Source: Octopus vulgaris (taxonomy: Eukaryota). From it: a DNA stretch of 64,000 nucleotides. Both the position numbers and the translations under genes were made by a program. This document shows, piece after piece, positions 12,157-25,211 of this stretch; positions within the stretch are counted from its first letter, which is position 1, and every line of letters begins with the position of its first letter. The DNA lies in NCBI GenBank assembly GCA_951406725.2, contig OX597824.1, positions 21,700,001 to 21,764,000 of the forward strand. The letters are read 5' to 3'. A model generated the notes under the pieces. It worked only from the letters and a program-made list of their open reading frames with translations. It was not told the DNA's origin and searched no databases.

Positions 12157-12490
12157 TAGGAGTGGCTGTGTGGTAAGTAGCTTGCTTACGAACCACATAG
12201 TTCTGGGTTCAGTCCCACTGTGTGGTACCTTGGGCAAGTGTCTTCTACCATGGCCTCAGGCTGACCAAAGCCTTGTGAGTGGATTTGGTAGACGGAAACT
12301 GTAAGAAGCTTGTCGTATATATGTATATATATATATATATATGTGTATGTTTGTGTGTTGTGTTTGTCCCCCACCCAACATCGCTTGACAACCAATGCTG
12401 GTGAGTTTACGTCTCCGTAACTTAGCGGTTTGGCAAAAGAGACCGATAGAATAAGTACTAGGCTGACAAAGAATAAGTCCTGGGGTCGAT
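12157..12490 (+). mobile_element. SINE family A, tail missing
   Basis: Consensus match. Confidence 0.9.
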
Positions 12491-12495
12491 ATAAC

Positions 12496-12538
<43 letters not shown>

Positions 12539-12540
<2 letters not shown>

Positions 12541-14250
12541 GTTTTCTTTATTAACCATAAAGGTTTACATTAAGAAAAACATTATGGACAGCACAGAACA
12601 AAACAAAGAATGTGTGTATGTGTGTGAGCGTGTGTTGTTGTGAGGGTTTTGCATGTAAACAAGACTAACAAAATTAAAAAAAAAAAATCAATAATGTGTG
12701 ATCCTCAATAGGGAGGAGATGATCGAGGGCTGCTCATGGAAAACCCCCATAAAAAACCATGGCTACCCTGACTTTTGGGGCAGGTGCCATTTTTCTTTCC
12801 TCTTTTCCAACTACAGGCATATGCTCAGGGCAGGCCCATTCTCTCGCACCATTCTCACCACTTTCATCCACGTTTCAGCAAACTGGTTAGAATACAACTC
12901 TTCCCTCTCTGCCCTTATTTTCCCTTTCAAGTGAAACTTGAAGAATTTCATCAGAGATTGACCAAAGAGAAAAGTGTTTGTCTTCTGCCCCTTCAATCTT
13001 GTCCACCATACAACTTCTTTCACCATGGCCACCAGGCATATAAAAACAGCCTTTCCTTCCCAGTTTAAGGAAGGTAGCTGGGTGATCTTCACGATGATTC
13101 AGTTGACAATTGGATCTGTCCCACACGTGACATCAGGTGTTCGATATAAACCCATAGGTCAGCAATACTCAGGCACTGGATGAGTGCATGCAGGACTCTC
13201 TCGTTGTCCTGCATGCATCTTGGACATGCTTGGCTGATGGCATTTCCGTGCCTGTAAAGTTTATCTTGAATAGGCAAAGTTCCATTATAGCACTGCCAGG
13301 CCAGAGATTTTTGGAAATTATCCATTGTTCCCGACCCAAAAGTTCTCCAGAAAAGAGCAACTAGCTCATCTTCTTTGATGCCCAAGGTCTCCTCAAGGAC
13401 TTTGTTGCACTTTTCCTCCACTTATCCACTATAAAAAGCTAAAGTGGATGTTCCACCTATCGCACTGTCCAATTGGCTGAGGGCTGTGAGTACTTGAAGA
13501 CATTCCACTTTCCAAATGCTCCCCCCCCCCCACTGCTTTTTTTAACCAGGACTGCAGCTTTGTTAAAGAAACTAGCCACAGAAATATGTATCTGGCAAAT
13601 GTCAACCACACCTGTTCACCGTCAAGGAAGCATTAGAGATGTCGTAGCCTCAGCACATGTTTGCACATCATTAGCCACAGCAAGCCCAGGCCACCACACA
13701 TTGGGTGCTGACAGCAGATAGACCACCTGACCATCAGGATGCCTCCCTTTCACAAGAAGCAGAAGACTATATGCTCCAGCATAATCAGAGGGTGGCCGGG
13801 ATAAGGCACAATGGTCAAGCAATAGTAGATGACGGACGCTATATACACATTAGCCACCTCTGCTCAACCTTTCAGGGATAGCTTTCTCGCGGTCCATTTC
13901 TGGGTGAGGGTAGTCACCCTGGTCATTACCTCATCCAAATTTTTGTCCATCTGGAGGTCTGGACCAAACCAGACCATGAGCAGTTTAACCAGTACATCCA
14001 TGCAGGGCCCAACAACCCAGTTGTACAGCATGGGCTTGCTTCTCCAGGTGTTGAGCAACAAGTACTGATTTTCCCTGGTCAATTGTCACTCCTGAAACCA
14101 CCTCATAGTCCCTGAGAGTGATGCCGACCATTTCTATGTGTTTATGATCCAATGCCACTATGGTGATGTCATTGGCATATGCTGACACACATCTCCCACA
14201 TCCTAGGTCACATGAGATACCTCTCACTGCCTCCAGAGGCAACAGTAGCA
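12539..14250 (-). pseudogene. L1/Tx1-clade LINE, 3' portion of ORF2 plus 3'UTR
   Basis: SAYANDIT (YADD), YE.VSG..I...KS, WTARKLSLKG, LPIQDKL...CPRC...E.VLHALIQC (zf-RVT), W..R; frameshifted. Confidence 0.9.
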
Positions 14251-14253
14251 GCC

Positions 14254-14690
14254 GTGGAGGCGCAATGGCCCAGTGGTTAGGGCAGTGGACTCGCAGTCGG
14301 AGGATTGCGGTTTTAATTCCCAGACCGGGCATTGTGTGTGTTTATTGAGCGAAAACACCTAAAGCTCCACGAGGCTCTGGCTGGGGGTGGTGGCGACCCC
14401 TGTTATACTCTTTCGCTCCAACTTTCTCTCACTCTTTCTTCCTGTTTCTTGTATCCGACTTCCTACGCAACCGCTGAGCCTAGATGCGCATTCATCCATC
14501 CGTCGATGCTCTCAGTGTCGGGGGTTGATCTGCTTTCTCTTCTGTGGGTCTTACGAATAGCAAAGGACCATGTTTTGGACTTCTCCCACTATAGAGGCAC
14601 GATCTTGCGAGCTCTGGGACGAAGACCGCTTCGCTCAACAAACAAACAAGCAGCAGCAACAACAAGAACAACAACAATGATAATAATAAC
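14254..14690 (+). mobile_element. tRNA-derived SINE family C, long-tail variant, (AAC) tail
   Basis: A box tggcccagtgg, B-box-like ggttttaattccc; head shared with 16250 and 38425 copies. Confidence 0.8.
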
Positions 14691-15109
14691 AAGAAGAATG
14701 ATAATAAAATAATGATGATGTTGATAATAATAGTTAAATGTCCACAAACAAATACGATTTGCTAAAATACTTTTAACAATTAAGTGGTGATCGATTTTTT
14801 ACTTTGATTAGAGAAGCAGGTCAATCTATATATATTGATCACACTGATTTTGTTAAAGATATCATTAGATTGATTGAAGTAAATTGACTGATCAAACTTG
14901 ATAATGAAGTCTGATGAAAATATTTCACAATGTATATATTGGCTAAACTACATTTATAAGAATTTTCTGATGGAGTCTTTTATAGTTGATGATGTAAAAA
15001 TCATAGTAAAGAATTATGTTAAAGGATGCTGAGACCAAATTCTTGCTAATTGTTCTGAACTGGTTGCTATTGGATATGATCTAGGTTGGTGTTTTTTAAA
15101 TATTTTTTA

Positions 15110-15473
15110 TGAAATCAAAATCGGTCAAAAATCAATGGAAATTGTAGTTGTGATACCAGTGCCAGTGGTACATAAAAGAACCATCCGAACGTGGCCGTTG
15201 CCAGCACCGCCTCAACTGGCCTCCGTGCTGGTGGTACATAAAAAGCACCAACCAATCATGGCTGTTGCCAGCCTCGCCTGGCACCTGTGCCGGTGGCATG
15301 TAACAAGCACCCACTATGCTCATGGAGTGGTTGGCGTTAGGAAGAGCATCCAGCTGTAGAAACACTGCCAGATCAGACTGGGCCTGGTGCAGTCTCCTGG
15401 TTTCCCAGACCCCAGTCAAATCGTTCAACCCATGCTAGCATAGTAAGCGGACGTTAAACGATGATGATGATGA
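15110..15473 (+). mobile_element. Family H element (3 monomers)
   Basis: As 5341-5752. Confidence 0.85.
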
Positions 15474-15779
15474 TATAGATGCAGGGGTGGTTAAGGAACT
15501 TGCTTATCGTCCTTGTGGTCTTGAGTTCAGTTCCACTGCATGGCACCTTGGGCAAGTGTCTTTTACTATAATCTTGAGCCAACCAAAGCTTTGTGGGTAG
15601 AACTGGCAAATGGAAAGTGAAAGTAGCTTATTATATACGTATTACATGCACACATACATACACACATGTATGTATGTATACACACAACACAAGCTTCTGT
15701 TCAAAGCACTCTTATTTGACAACAGGTTATGAAGCCTGGCTGGAACAAAGCCACTGATTTCTTTTATTAGGATTATAAA

Positions 15780-16240
15780 AATGGATCCATTTTTCATCCT
15801 CAGTTATAATTCGGCACAAAAAACAGGCATCTTGAGGATTTGCCAGCAGTTGTTTGCAAATGTTCACATGTTGTTGAGTTGGGTCATTGGTCAGTAACAG
15901 CAGAAGCAGGGTTGGGATCCTCTCTTTTCCAGCTTGTCACTTCTGGTCCAGGTTCTTAAGACACTTTTCCTCGAACAGCCTAACACCCTTTTGGACAGCT
16001 GGATGCCAGGCACTATGGTCAGAAGGAAGCAATTCCCTGCCATGGGCTGAAATGCTGCAGGCCTCAAAGGAAGTCTTCAGGCTGTTCTTGTATCACCTTA
16101 GTGGCCTTCCAGGGTTTCTTGCTCCAGAAGCCAGCTCAGGGAAGAAGATCATCTTTGGTAGACACACGTCGTCCATTTGAACTACATGTCCGACCCACTG
16201 GAGTTGGCATGGCATAAGTGTGATATTAAACCCACACTAA
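15780..16240 (-). pseudogene. RTE (BovB-like) LINE 3' fragment
   Basis: LQWVGHVVQMDD..LPK.IFF.EL..G.R..GRP...YK..LK motif on minus strand. Confidence 0.85.
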
Positions 16241-16249
16241 TGAGACAGA

Positions 16250-16570
16250 GTGGAGGCACATGGTCTAGTGGTTAGAGCAACGGACTTGTGGCCAAGGGAT
16301 CGCAGGTTTGAATCTCAGACTGGGCGATGTGTGTGTTTATGAGCAAAACACCTAAAGCTCCATGCGGCTCTTGCAGAAGATAATGGCGAACTTCTACTGA
16401 CTCCTTCGTCACAACTTTCTCTCACTCTTTCCTTCTGCATTTAGCAGCTCACCTGTGATGGACTGGCGTCCTGTCCAGGTGGGGAACCTACACGCTAGTG
16501 AAACCGGGAAACTGGTCCTTATGATTCAGGCATGGATCAAGAAGGAACAGACAACAACAACAACAACAAC
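16250..16570 (+). mobile_element. SINE family C, V-like tail variant
   Basis: tRNA head; gatggactggcgtcctgtccagg; TSD gagacagag at 16242-16250 and 16571-16579. Confidence 0.85.
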
Positions 16571-16774
16571 GAGACAGAGGCCGTCTACCAAATTGACATG
16601 GATTTCTCAGGAACCATACAGTTCTGCAATGGAGTTAGATCTGTCTAATGATTTTTTTATGTTTTTGTTTTTGTATTTCATTCCTGCAGTTTTATTCTGC
16701 TGTTCATTCACTGACAAAAGAATTTTGAGACAGGAAACTAACACAACACTTCAAAGTGGGCATTACCCACGTCA

Positions 16775-17109
16775 CCAGTGTCACCACCACTACCACCAGC
16801 AGCAGCAGCACCACCACCACCACCACCACCGCCGCCGTCGCCGTCGCCACCACTGCCGCCACCACTGCCACCACCACCGCAGCGATCACCACCAACCTAT
16901 GCCATTGACAGTGCCACCATTGCTTGCCACCACAATTACCACCACAACTACTGTTACTCCCACCACCAGTCTTACCACCTTCACGTTCAAAAGAGAGAGA
17001 TGAAGAGAGAGATAGGAAGAGAGAGAGAGAGAGAGAGAGAGATTTTACATGCATACAAACATGTACATAGACCATACAGATAGAGAGTGAGAAAGAGAGA
17101 AATAGAAGG

Positions 17110-17208
<99 letters not shown>

Positions 17209-17257
17209 TAGATAGATATATAGACAGACAGACAGACAGAGAGATAGATAGATAGAC

Positions 17258-17318
<61 letters not shown>

Positions 17319-17345
17319 CATGGATAGATAGATAGACAGACAGAC

Positions 17346-17410
<65 letters not shown>

Positions 17411-17414
17411 CATG

Positions 17415-17450
<36 letters not shown>

Positions 17451-17451
17451 A

Positions 17452-17522
<71 letters not shown>

Positions 17523-17525
17523 GAG
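16775..17525. repeat. (CAC)n, (GA)n and long (GATA/GACA)n microsatellites
   Basis: Directly visible. Confidence 0.95.
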
Positions 17526-17810
17526 ATAGAAACTTTACAAGTGATTAATTGGACATGGTTGATATAAACACTTTCCTCTCTCCTCACACACATAAAGAGA
17601 AATATAATCACATGTATAAACAGAGAGAGATAGAGAAAGAGAAAGGGAGAGAGAAATAGAGGAAAAGAGAGAGACAGAGAGAACTAGGGGAGAGAGATAC
17701 AGGGACAGAGAGACTATAGTTTATTAAATGAACATGATTGAAATAAACACTTTCCATCTTCTCACATGCATAAAAGAGACATGCTCATACACATAAGCAG
17801 AAAGACACAG

Positions 17811-17877
<67 letters not shown>

Positions 17878-17949
17878 AATGAGAGAAACATATAAATGAG
17901 AGAAGCATAAAATAAAATGTTTGATGTCAAATAAGTCAGCATAGAATTA

Positions 17950-18715
17950 ATAAAATAAAAAAATAAATACACCCTTTTAAAGCTTAGCCAGGCTCATGGG
18001 CCCAGTTTCCCGGGTTCAGTAGCGTATGTGTTCCCCAGCTGGATGGGACACCAGTCCATCGCATCGTTACTCATTTTTGCCAGCTGAGTGGACTGGAGCA
18101 ACGTGAAATGAAGTGTTTTGCTCAAGAACACAACGCGTCGCCCGAACCAGGAATCGAAACGACGATCTTATAATCGTGATACTGACACCCTAACCACTGA
18201 GCCACGTGCCTCCACAATAAATGCACCCGTTTAAAGCCTAGCCAGGCTCATGGGCCCGGTTTCAGTGGCGTATGTGTTCCCCAGCTGGATGGGATGCCAG
18301 TCCATCGCAGCGTTACTCATTTTTGCCAGCTGAGTGGATTGGAGTGACGTGAAATGAAGTGTCTTGCTCAAGAACACAACGCGTCGCCCGGTCCAGGAAT
18401 CGAAACCACAATCTTACGATCATGATACTGACACCCTAACCACTAAGCCACGCGTCTCCACAATAAATGTGCCCTTTTAAAGCCTAGCCAAGCTCATGGG
18501 CCCGGTTTCCTGGTTTCAGTGGCGTATGTGTTCCCCAGCTGGACAGGCCACCAGTCCATCACAGAGTTACTCATTTTTGCCAGCAGAGTGGACTGGAGTG
18601 ACGTGAAATGAAGTGTCTTGCTCAAGAACACAACGCGTCGCCCGGTCCAGGAATCGAAACCACGATCTTACGATCATGATGCTGACACCCTAACCACTAA
18701 GCCACGCGCCTCCAC
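17950..18715 (-). mobile_element. Head-to-tail trimer of SINE family B (~250-bp units)
   Basis: Units end at ~18215, 18461, 18715; one TSD cagcatagaatta at 17937-17949 and 18716-18728. Confidence 0.95.
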
Positions 18716-19515
18716 CAGCATAGAATTACTGATGCCAAAAAAGTAGCGCCTGAGTGGCCCAGCCAAAACACCTCACTCTCTTGTGCTACACATTACACAT
18801 TCACCTTCACAATGACTGACAAACTGAGTTTGAAAAACACAGTACAGCTGGGATTATGGCTCGTTTGATTCAGAAAATCAAAATAGGTTTATTTATTCAT
18901 GGTATCACCTCAAGCAATATTTGTACGAGGAAATTATTTCTGCCAGTTTTGGAATTTTTGTTGCAACTGCTTTTAGCGTTGACTTAAATGCATCGTTTGC
19001 TGCCGTTGTTCTGAATAAATTATCGCAGACGAGCTAACAAATTACACCTCGTTACGTAAGCAGTGGTGGTTGACGGTCAATATTTATAAAGCTGGCCTGA
19101 AACTCGTGACACCCCTCTGTATTTGATGCCATGCCGAACCACATTAAACATGAAAATAATTAGAAGAGAAAAAGAAAAATTCCTGCTGTGACATAGGAGG
19201 GACAACAGTGGTGAGTTACACTAGGCACCACTCATTAATCATTAATGACTGGTACTGTTGGAATGTGCATTATTAAGAGGTTAATATTTCTCTGTGCTTT
19301 ATTTTGTGATGATGATGATGAGGAGGATGCTGATGATGGTGATGATGATGATGATGATGGAAGTAACGATTAATATGAGGGACAGGAAAGATTATCAGAA
19401 AGGTTATAAGCACTTGTAAAACTACTGAAAGCTTGTGGATGGATGTCTAAGGTTACAGGTAGTAACCCACTTACCACTTAAAGGCAATCAGGAATAAGAA
19501 TGAACTTGAGTCAAA

Positions 19516-19536
19516 ATCATCATCATCATCATCATC

Positions 19537-19574
<38 letters not shown>

Positions 19575-19630
19575 TGATGATAATAATAATAGTGATAATA
19601 ATGATGATGATGATAATAATAATAATGATG

Positions 19631-19676
<46 letters not shown>

Positions 19677-19816
19677 TAATAATAATAATGATAATAATAA
19701 TAATAATGATAATAATAATAAGAATAATGATGATGATGATGATGATAATAATAATAAGAATAATGATGATGATGATGATGATAATAATAATAAGAATATT
19801 GATGATGATGTTAATG

Positions 19817-19856
<40 letters not shown>

Positions 19857-19881
19857 TGATGATGATGATGATGATAATAAC

Positions 19882-19928
<47 letters not shown>
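19516..19928. repeat. (TAA/TGA)n compound microsatellite
   Basis: Directly visible. Confidence 0.95.
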
Positions 19929-20100
19929 TTATGGTTTCTTAAACATTCTCTAGAACAACTCTATGTACAAAACCAAATATATGGCACTCTAGGCATAACA
20001 CCAACATGAACTTCCAACTTGTCTCTTGAGGTCTGTAGGTGAGACTTGGAGCCAACTTGTACAAATGTAAAGCAAAAGTCAAACATAGAATAATAATAAT
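19925..20100 (+). mobile_element. RLE retrotransposon 3'UTR
   Basis: Matches 21050-21225 and 10640-10790. Confidence 0.85.
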
Positions 20101-20170
20101 AATCACCATCATCATCATCATCATCATCATCATCGTTTAACGTCCGCTTTCCATAATGATAATAATAATA

Positions 20171-20719
20171 ATGCCCTGATGCAGTACCAGGCAGTGGCTC
20201 TCGTGGCTTCTGATCTACCAGGCAGTGGCTCTCGTGGCTTCTGATCTTAACTGATTGGAAGTGTTATCCTGTACATTGTTTTGTCTTGGTATAAAAGATT
20301 GGCTACAGCAAATATTTTGCTCAGAACTACAGATTTGCTTGTCAGTTGTTTAACCTTAACCAGTTGAGCATGTCCCTAAGTGGCTGACGACATGTGCATC
20401 TCTGACCATGAGCAGAAATAGGAATTCTTAGAGGTTTGGATAATTCACCTCTGGAAACATGGGTGTTTCGTTCAACATCCTTAAACAACCCTTATTCAGG
20501 GACATTTTGAGCGGGATGGGCTACTCGACCAGAAAAAAATTCCAACTGGGCCCCACCTGCAAGGTCATGCGCTGTTTATGTGATCACCTTATCACGCACA
20601 TATTGTTGTGATGCATGTGCTTGGTGTACCCTTATCAGACGGGTAGTCATGATGAGTATACTGAGATTTGTATATTTTATCCCAGTGTCACTTTGATGGC
20701 ATGCACTGCTCTCTCATTC
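20171..20719 (+). mobile_element. Family T non-coding retroposon, longest copy
   Basis: Flanked by (TAA)n; matches 28823-29306, 29325-29862, 56961-57402. Confidence 0.9.
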
Positions 20720-20778
<59 letters not shown>

Positions 20779-20804
20779 TAATAATAATAATAATAATAAT
20801 AATA

Positions 20805-21225
20805 AAACTGAGCAAATATAAAGATCTTCAAATAGAAATTAGCAAAATGTGGAACCTGAAGACTAAAACAATACCTGTTGTTATAGGTGCCCTGGGAATG
20901 ATAGCAAAAAGGGCTGATTGCTACCTAGCTTAGATACCAGGAAACCTCAAAATGGCAGAAATTCAAAAGATAATGCTCATGGGAACTGCTCATATCCTAC
21001 GCAAAATACTTTCTATTTAATCTCAAGTCGTAAAACAAGCACATAATTTTCTTATAGTTTCTTAAACATTCTCAAGAATAAAACTATGTACAAAACCAAA
21101 TGTATGGCACCCTAGGCATAACACCAACATGAACTAACTTGTTGTCTCTTGAGGTCTCTGGATGAGACATGGAGCCAACTTGTACAAATGTAAAGCAAAA
21201 GTCAAACATACAATAATAATAATAA
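20805..21225 (+). pseudogene. RLE retrotransposon 3' fragment
   Basis: KLSKYKDLQIEISKMWNLKTKTIPVVIGALG...IQKIMLMGTAHILRKILS*. Confidence 0.9.
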
Positions 21226-21227
21226 AA

Positions 21228-21600
21228 ATGATTTTATGATTCAGTGCGACCATGAGATAGAGAATAGGAAGCTGGACATAGTCTTAATTGAGAAAGAAAA
21301 CAAACTATGCTGGATCATAGACATGACATGCCCAGCTGACAACAAGGTATGTGATAAGGAAGAAAGAAAAGTTGAGAGTTATGACAGGTTAGCTTGGGAA
21401 ATAAAGCAGTTGTGGTTGAAGAAAAAGGTACCAGTAGTACTAATAATTGTTGGAGCCCTGGGAACAGTGAGCAAAACTCTCGAGAAGTATGTAGAATCAA
21501 TAGGGACTGTAATAAGGGTGGAGCACTTGCAGAAAACAGCACTGCTTGGAACCACTAGAATACTCTGGAAGGTACTTGAAAAATAAGAGGTGTTACCTTA
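21228..21600 (+). pseudogene. RLE retrotransposon endonuclease fragment
   Basis: ORF 21236-21586: DHEIENRKLDIVL...IID..CP.D....KE..K...Y..L..EI..LW...IIVGALG...LQKTALLGT. Confidence 0.9.
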
Positions 21601-21899
21601 TATATGTGTGTGTGTGTGTGTGTCTTTGTGTCTGTTCTGTGTTTGTCTCCACCACTGCTTGACAACATATGTTAGTGTCTACATCCCCACAACTTACTGG
21701 TTCAACAAATGACCCCAGTAAAGTAAGTACCCGGCTTAAAAATAAAAAAAAATGTACCAGGGTCAATTCATTTGACTAAAAATTCTTCAATGCAGTGCTC
21801 CACCATAGCCACAGGCTAATGATCGAAGAATAAAAAAGCAAAAAAATATACACATATACATACATGCTCATACACACACACACACACACACGCACACAT

Positions 21900-22130
21900 G
21901 TATGTATATATTTGTGAATCTATGTTTGTGCTCCCACCATTGCTTGACAAACAATGTTGGTGCGTTTAAGTCCCAATAACTTAGCGGTTCGGCAAAAGAC
22001 ACCGATAGAATAAGTACTAGGATTCCAAAGAATAAGTCCTGGGGGTCGATTTGTTCGACTAAAGGCGGTGCTCCAGCATGGCCACAGTCAAATGACTGAA
22101 ACAGGTAAAAGATTAAAAGAGTAAAAGAAT
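21900..22130 (+). mobile_element. SINE family A 3' half (older 3' half also at 21600-21845)
   Basis: Consensus match. Confidence 0.85.
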
Positions 22131-22175
<45 letters not shown>

Positions 22176-22321
22176 TACACACACACACACACACACACAC
22201 TCACACACACACACACAGATACACGTACATCCACACATCTTTGACATGCAGGATATTGAGAAGACATCTTTGATGGAATGCCTTTAGCCATCTCTTTATA
22301 TAGTTGCCATGTTTTCCTGCC

Positions 22322-22862
<541 letters not shown>

Positions 22863-22980
22863 ATATGCGGGAGCACATATATATGCATATATATAATTAT
22901 ATATATATATATATATATATAAATATATAAATATATATAAGTATAAATATATATATATATATGCATATATACACACACAG

Positions 22981-23038
<58 letters not shown>

Positions 23039-23391
23039 ATTCAACTTACACTCATCTTCAGCTTATTCTAAATTGCTCGAGGTAATCTTTAAATAAACTG
23101 TTTTAAGTTTTGGATTTGTTTTGCTTTTGGAATCTGTAGAAACATTTCCATGTCAAATGTTGTTTCATATCCCTCTGCAAATGGCAGGTGAAGTATGTTT
23201 TTAGGAACCATAAGATTTTGGTCATTCCAATGATAGGTCATCTTAGTTTTTCTTGTTTATTTGTCTGAATAAAACTTATACAAATGGAATGTAGAGACTT
23301 TGTCTAAATATATCTGGTTAGTGAGAACTGGAAGAGACAACTGGGAAGCAAACCGTGTTTATTTGTAAAACACAGCATGTTAATGCAGCTA

Positions 23392-23947
23392 TTGTGTTGT
23401 CCGGAAAGTTCATGCCGATTTATAGTAGCTTACCTTTCGACTTATTTTAGAACATAGCTGAGTCCATAAAATATGATTTGGCTACACCTCCATTTAGAGC
23501 ACAGTTTAAGCTATCTTTTCGTGGAAGAAGGTTTATGTTCCTATAACCTGTGTTAATTCTGTAACCCTTTAAAATGGAAGATAAGAAAGTTCATTGATGC
23601 TTTGGGAACCAGGCAGCAATTGCTGTAGCTTGGCTAGGATGTGTTACGTCACCCTCCATATTCACCAGATATTGCTCCTTTGGATTTCCACTTATTCAGG
23701 TCTCTGCAGAATAGTCTTCATGGTAAAAATTTCAATTCCTTGGATGACGTAAAAAGATACCTTGATGAATTCTTTGCCATGAAACCACCTCAATTCTGGG
23801 AAGAGGGTATTTTCAAGTTAAAGGAAAGATGGAGACGCATTGCGCAACAAAATAGTTCATATTTGGTTGATTAAAAATGTGATGGCAAGTATTTATTGAC
23901 CTTTTTCTTTCCTTTAAAAATCGGCACGAACTTTCCGGACAACCCAA
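23392..23947 (+). mobile_element. Internally deleted mariner element
   Basis: TIRs ttgtgttgtccggaaagttcatgccgattt / aaatcggcacgaactttccggacaacccaa; TA TSD; MEDKKVH start fused to HPPYSPDIAP.DFHLF C-terminus. Confidence 0.95.
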
Positions 23948-24689
23948 TATATCAGACACTTAATAAATGAAGGAATATTAACTGCTAGAAATAACAGTCA
24001 AATCTCTCACAGCTCACACGCAACCCTCTTTAAAGAAGGAAGAATATATTGAATACTGTCATGGGAAATAATTCAAGCTGAAAAGATGGGATGGTCGTGG
24101 ATAGAACGCCTTTGATCATAGGAAAGCTTTATTAGAGTTTTTCTAGTGGTTAAACAATGATGTATCTATGTAAATGACAGAAGCTGGTTTCAAAGGAAAT
24201 GTGTTCACAAAATTCTAGTAATTTTCAAACCATACTAACCAACCACCCACACAAGAGATTTGGCTGTTATCATTTACATTCCACTTAAATACAGATAACC
24301 ATAAGCTATACTAGAAAACAAACTAAAAGCTCTTATATATCAAGAAAAATTTTAACCACCTGCTCATAGTTTTCAACAATTTAGTCAAAAATATTAGTTA
24401 AAAATATGTAACTTATCCTCAAACAAATATATCTTAAATATAGCTTCTCATACTATAACAATATATCCGAAACAAGATGATGTCCAATAATTCACTGTTA
24501 TCCTGTAAATGTAAAATTTCTTTGGACTAATAAATTAATATTTCCAGAAAACCCATTATTAAAGTGAATTATTTAATAGAAATAATTTGAAACTAAATTA
24601 TAGCTGTTTAAGAAATATGACAAATGTGATTACCAAACTCAGCTATAAGATGGTTGTGTAGTTAGAAAGATGATTTTGCAAGAATGAGC

Positions 24690-25105
24690 TTACTCTTTTA
24701 CTCTTTTACTCTTTTACTGGTTTCGGTCATTTGACTGTGGCCATGCTGGAGCACCGCCTTTAGTCGAGCAAATCGACCCCAGGACTTATTCTTTGTCAGC
24801 CTAGTATTTATTATATTGGTCTCTTTTGCCAAACTGCTAAGTTATGGGGATGTAAACACACCAGCATCGGTTGTCAAGCGATGTTGGGGGGACAAACACC
24901 GACACACAAACATATACACACACACACACATATACACATATATATATATACATATATACGACAGGCTTCTTTCAGTTTCCATCTACCAAATCCACTCACA
25001 AGGCTTTGGTCGGCCCGAGGCTATAGTAGAAGACACTTGCCCAAAGGTGCCCGGAACCATGTGGCTGGTTAGCAAGCTACTTACCACGCAGCCACTCCTA
25101 TGCCT
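24690..25105 (-). mobile_element. SINE family A
   Basis: Consensus match. Confidence 0.9.
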
Positions 25106-25211
25106 TTCAGTATTCTCAAAAGACATAAAACTACCAACATCAGATTTACGAATGTACGATGCACCATGAATACAAACATGCAAATGCACACTCACAACGA
25201 GCACACACACA

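Noticed and set aside
17950-18715. tRNA gene cluster
   Set aside because: A/B boxes run directly into SINE bodies and tails; these are tRNA-derived SINE heads
23050-23265. Minus-strand exon with GTAAGT donor at 23049
   Set aside because: All frames from the plausible acceptors stop before the donor; at most non-coding, with no other support
23641-23874. SETMAR-like host gene
   Set aside because: Lies within TIR-bounded, internally deleted mariner; no SET domain
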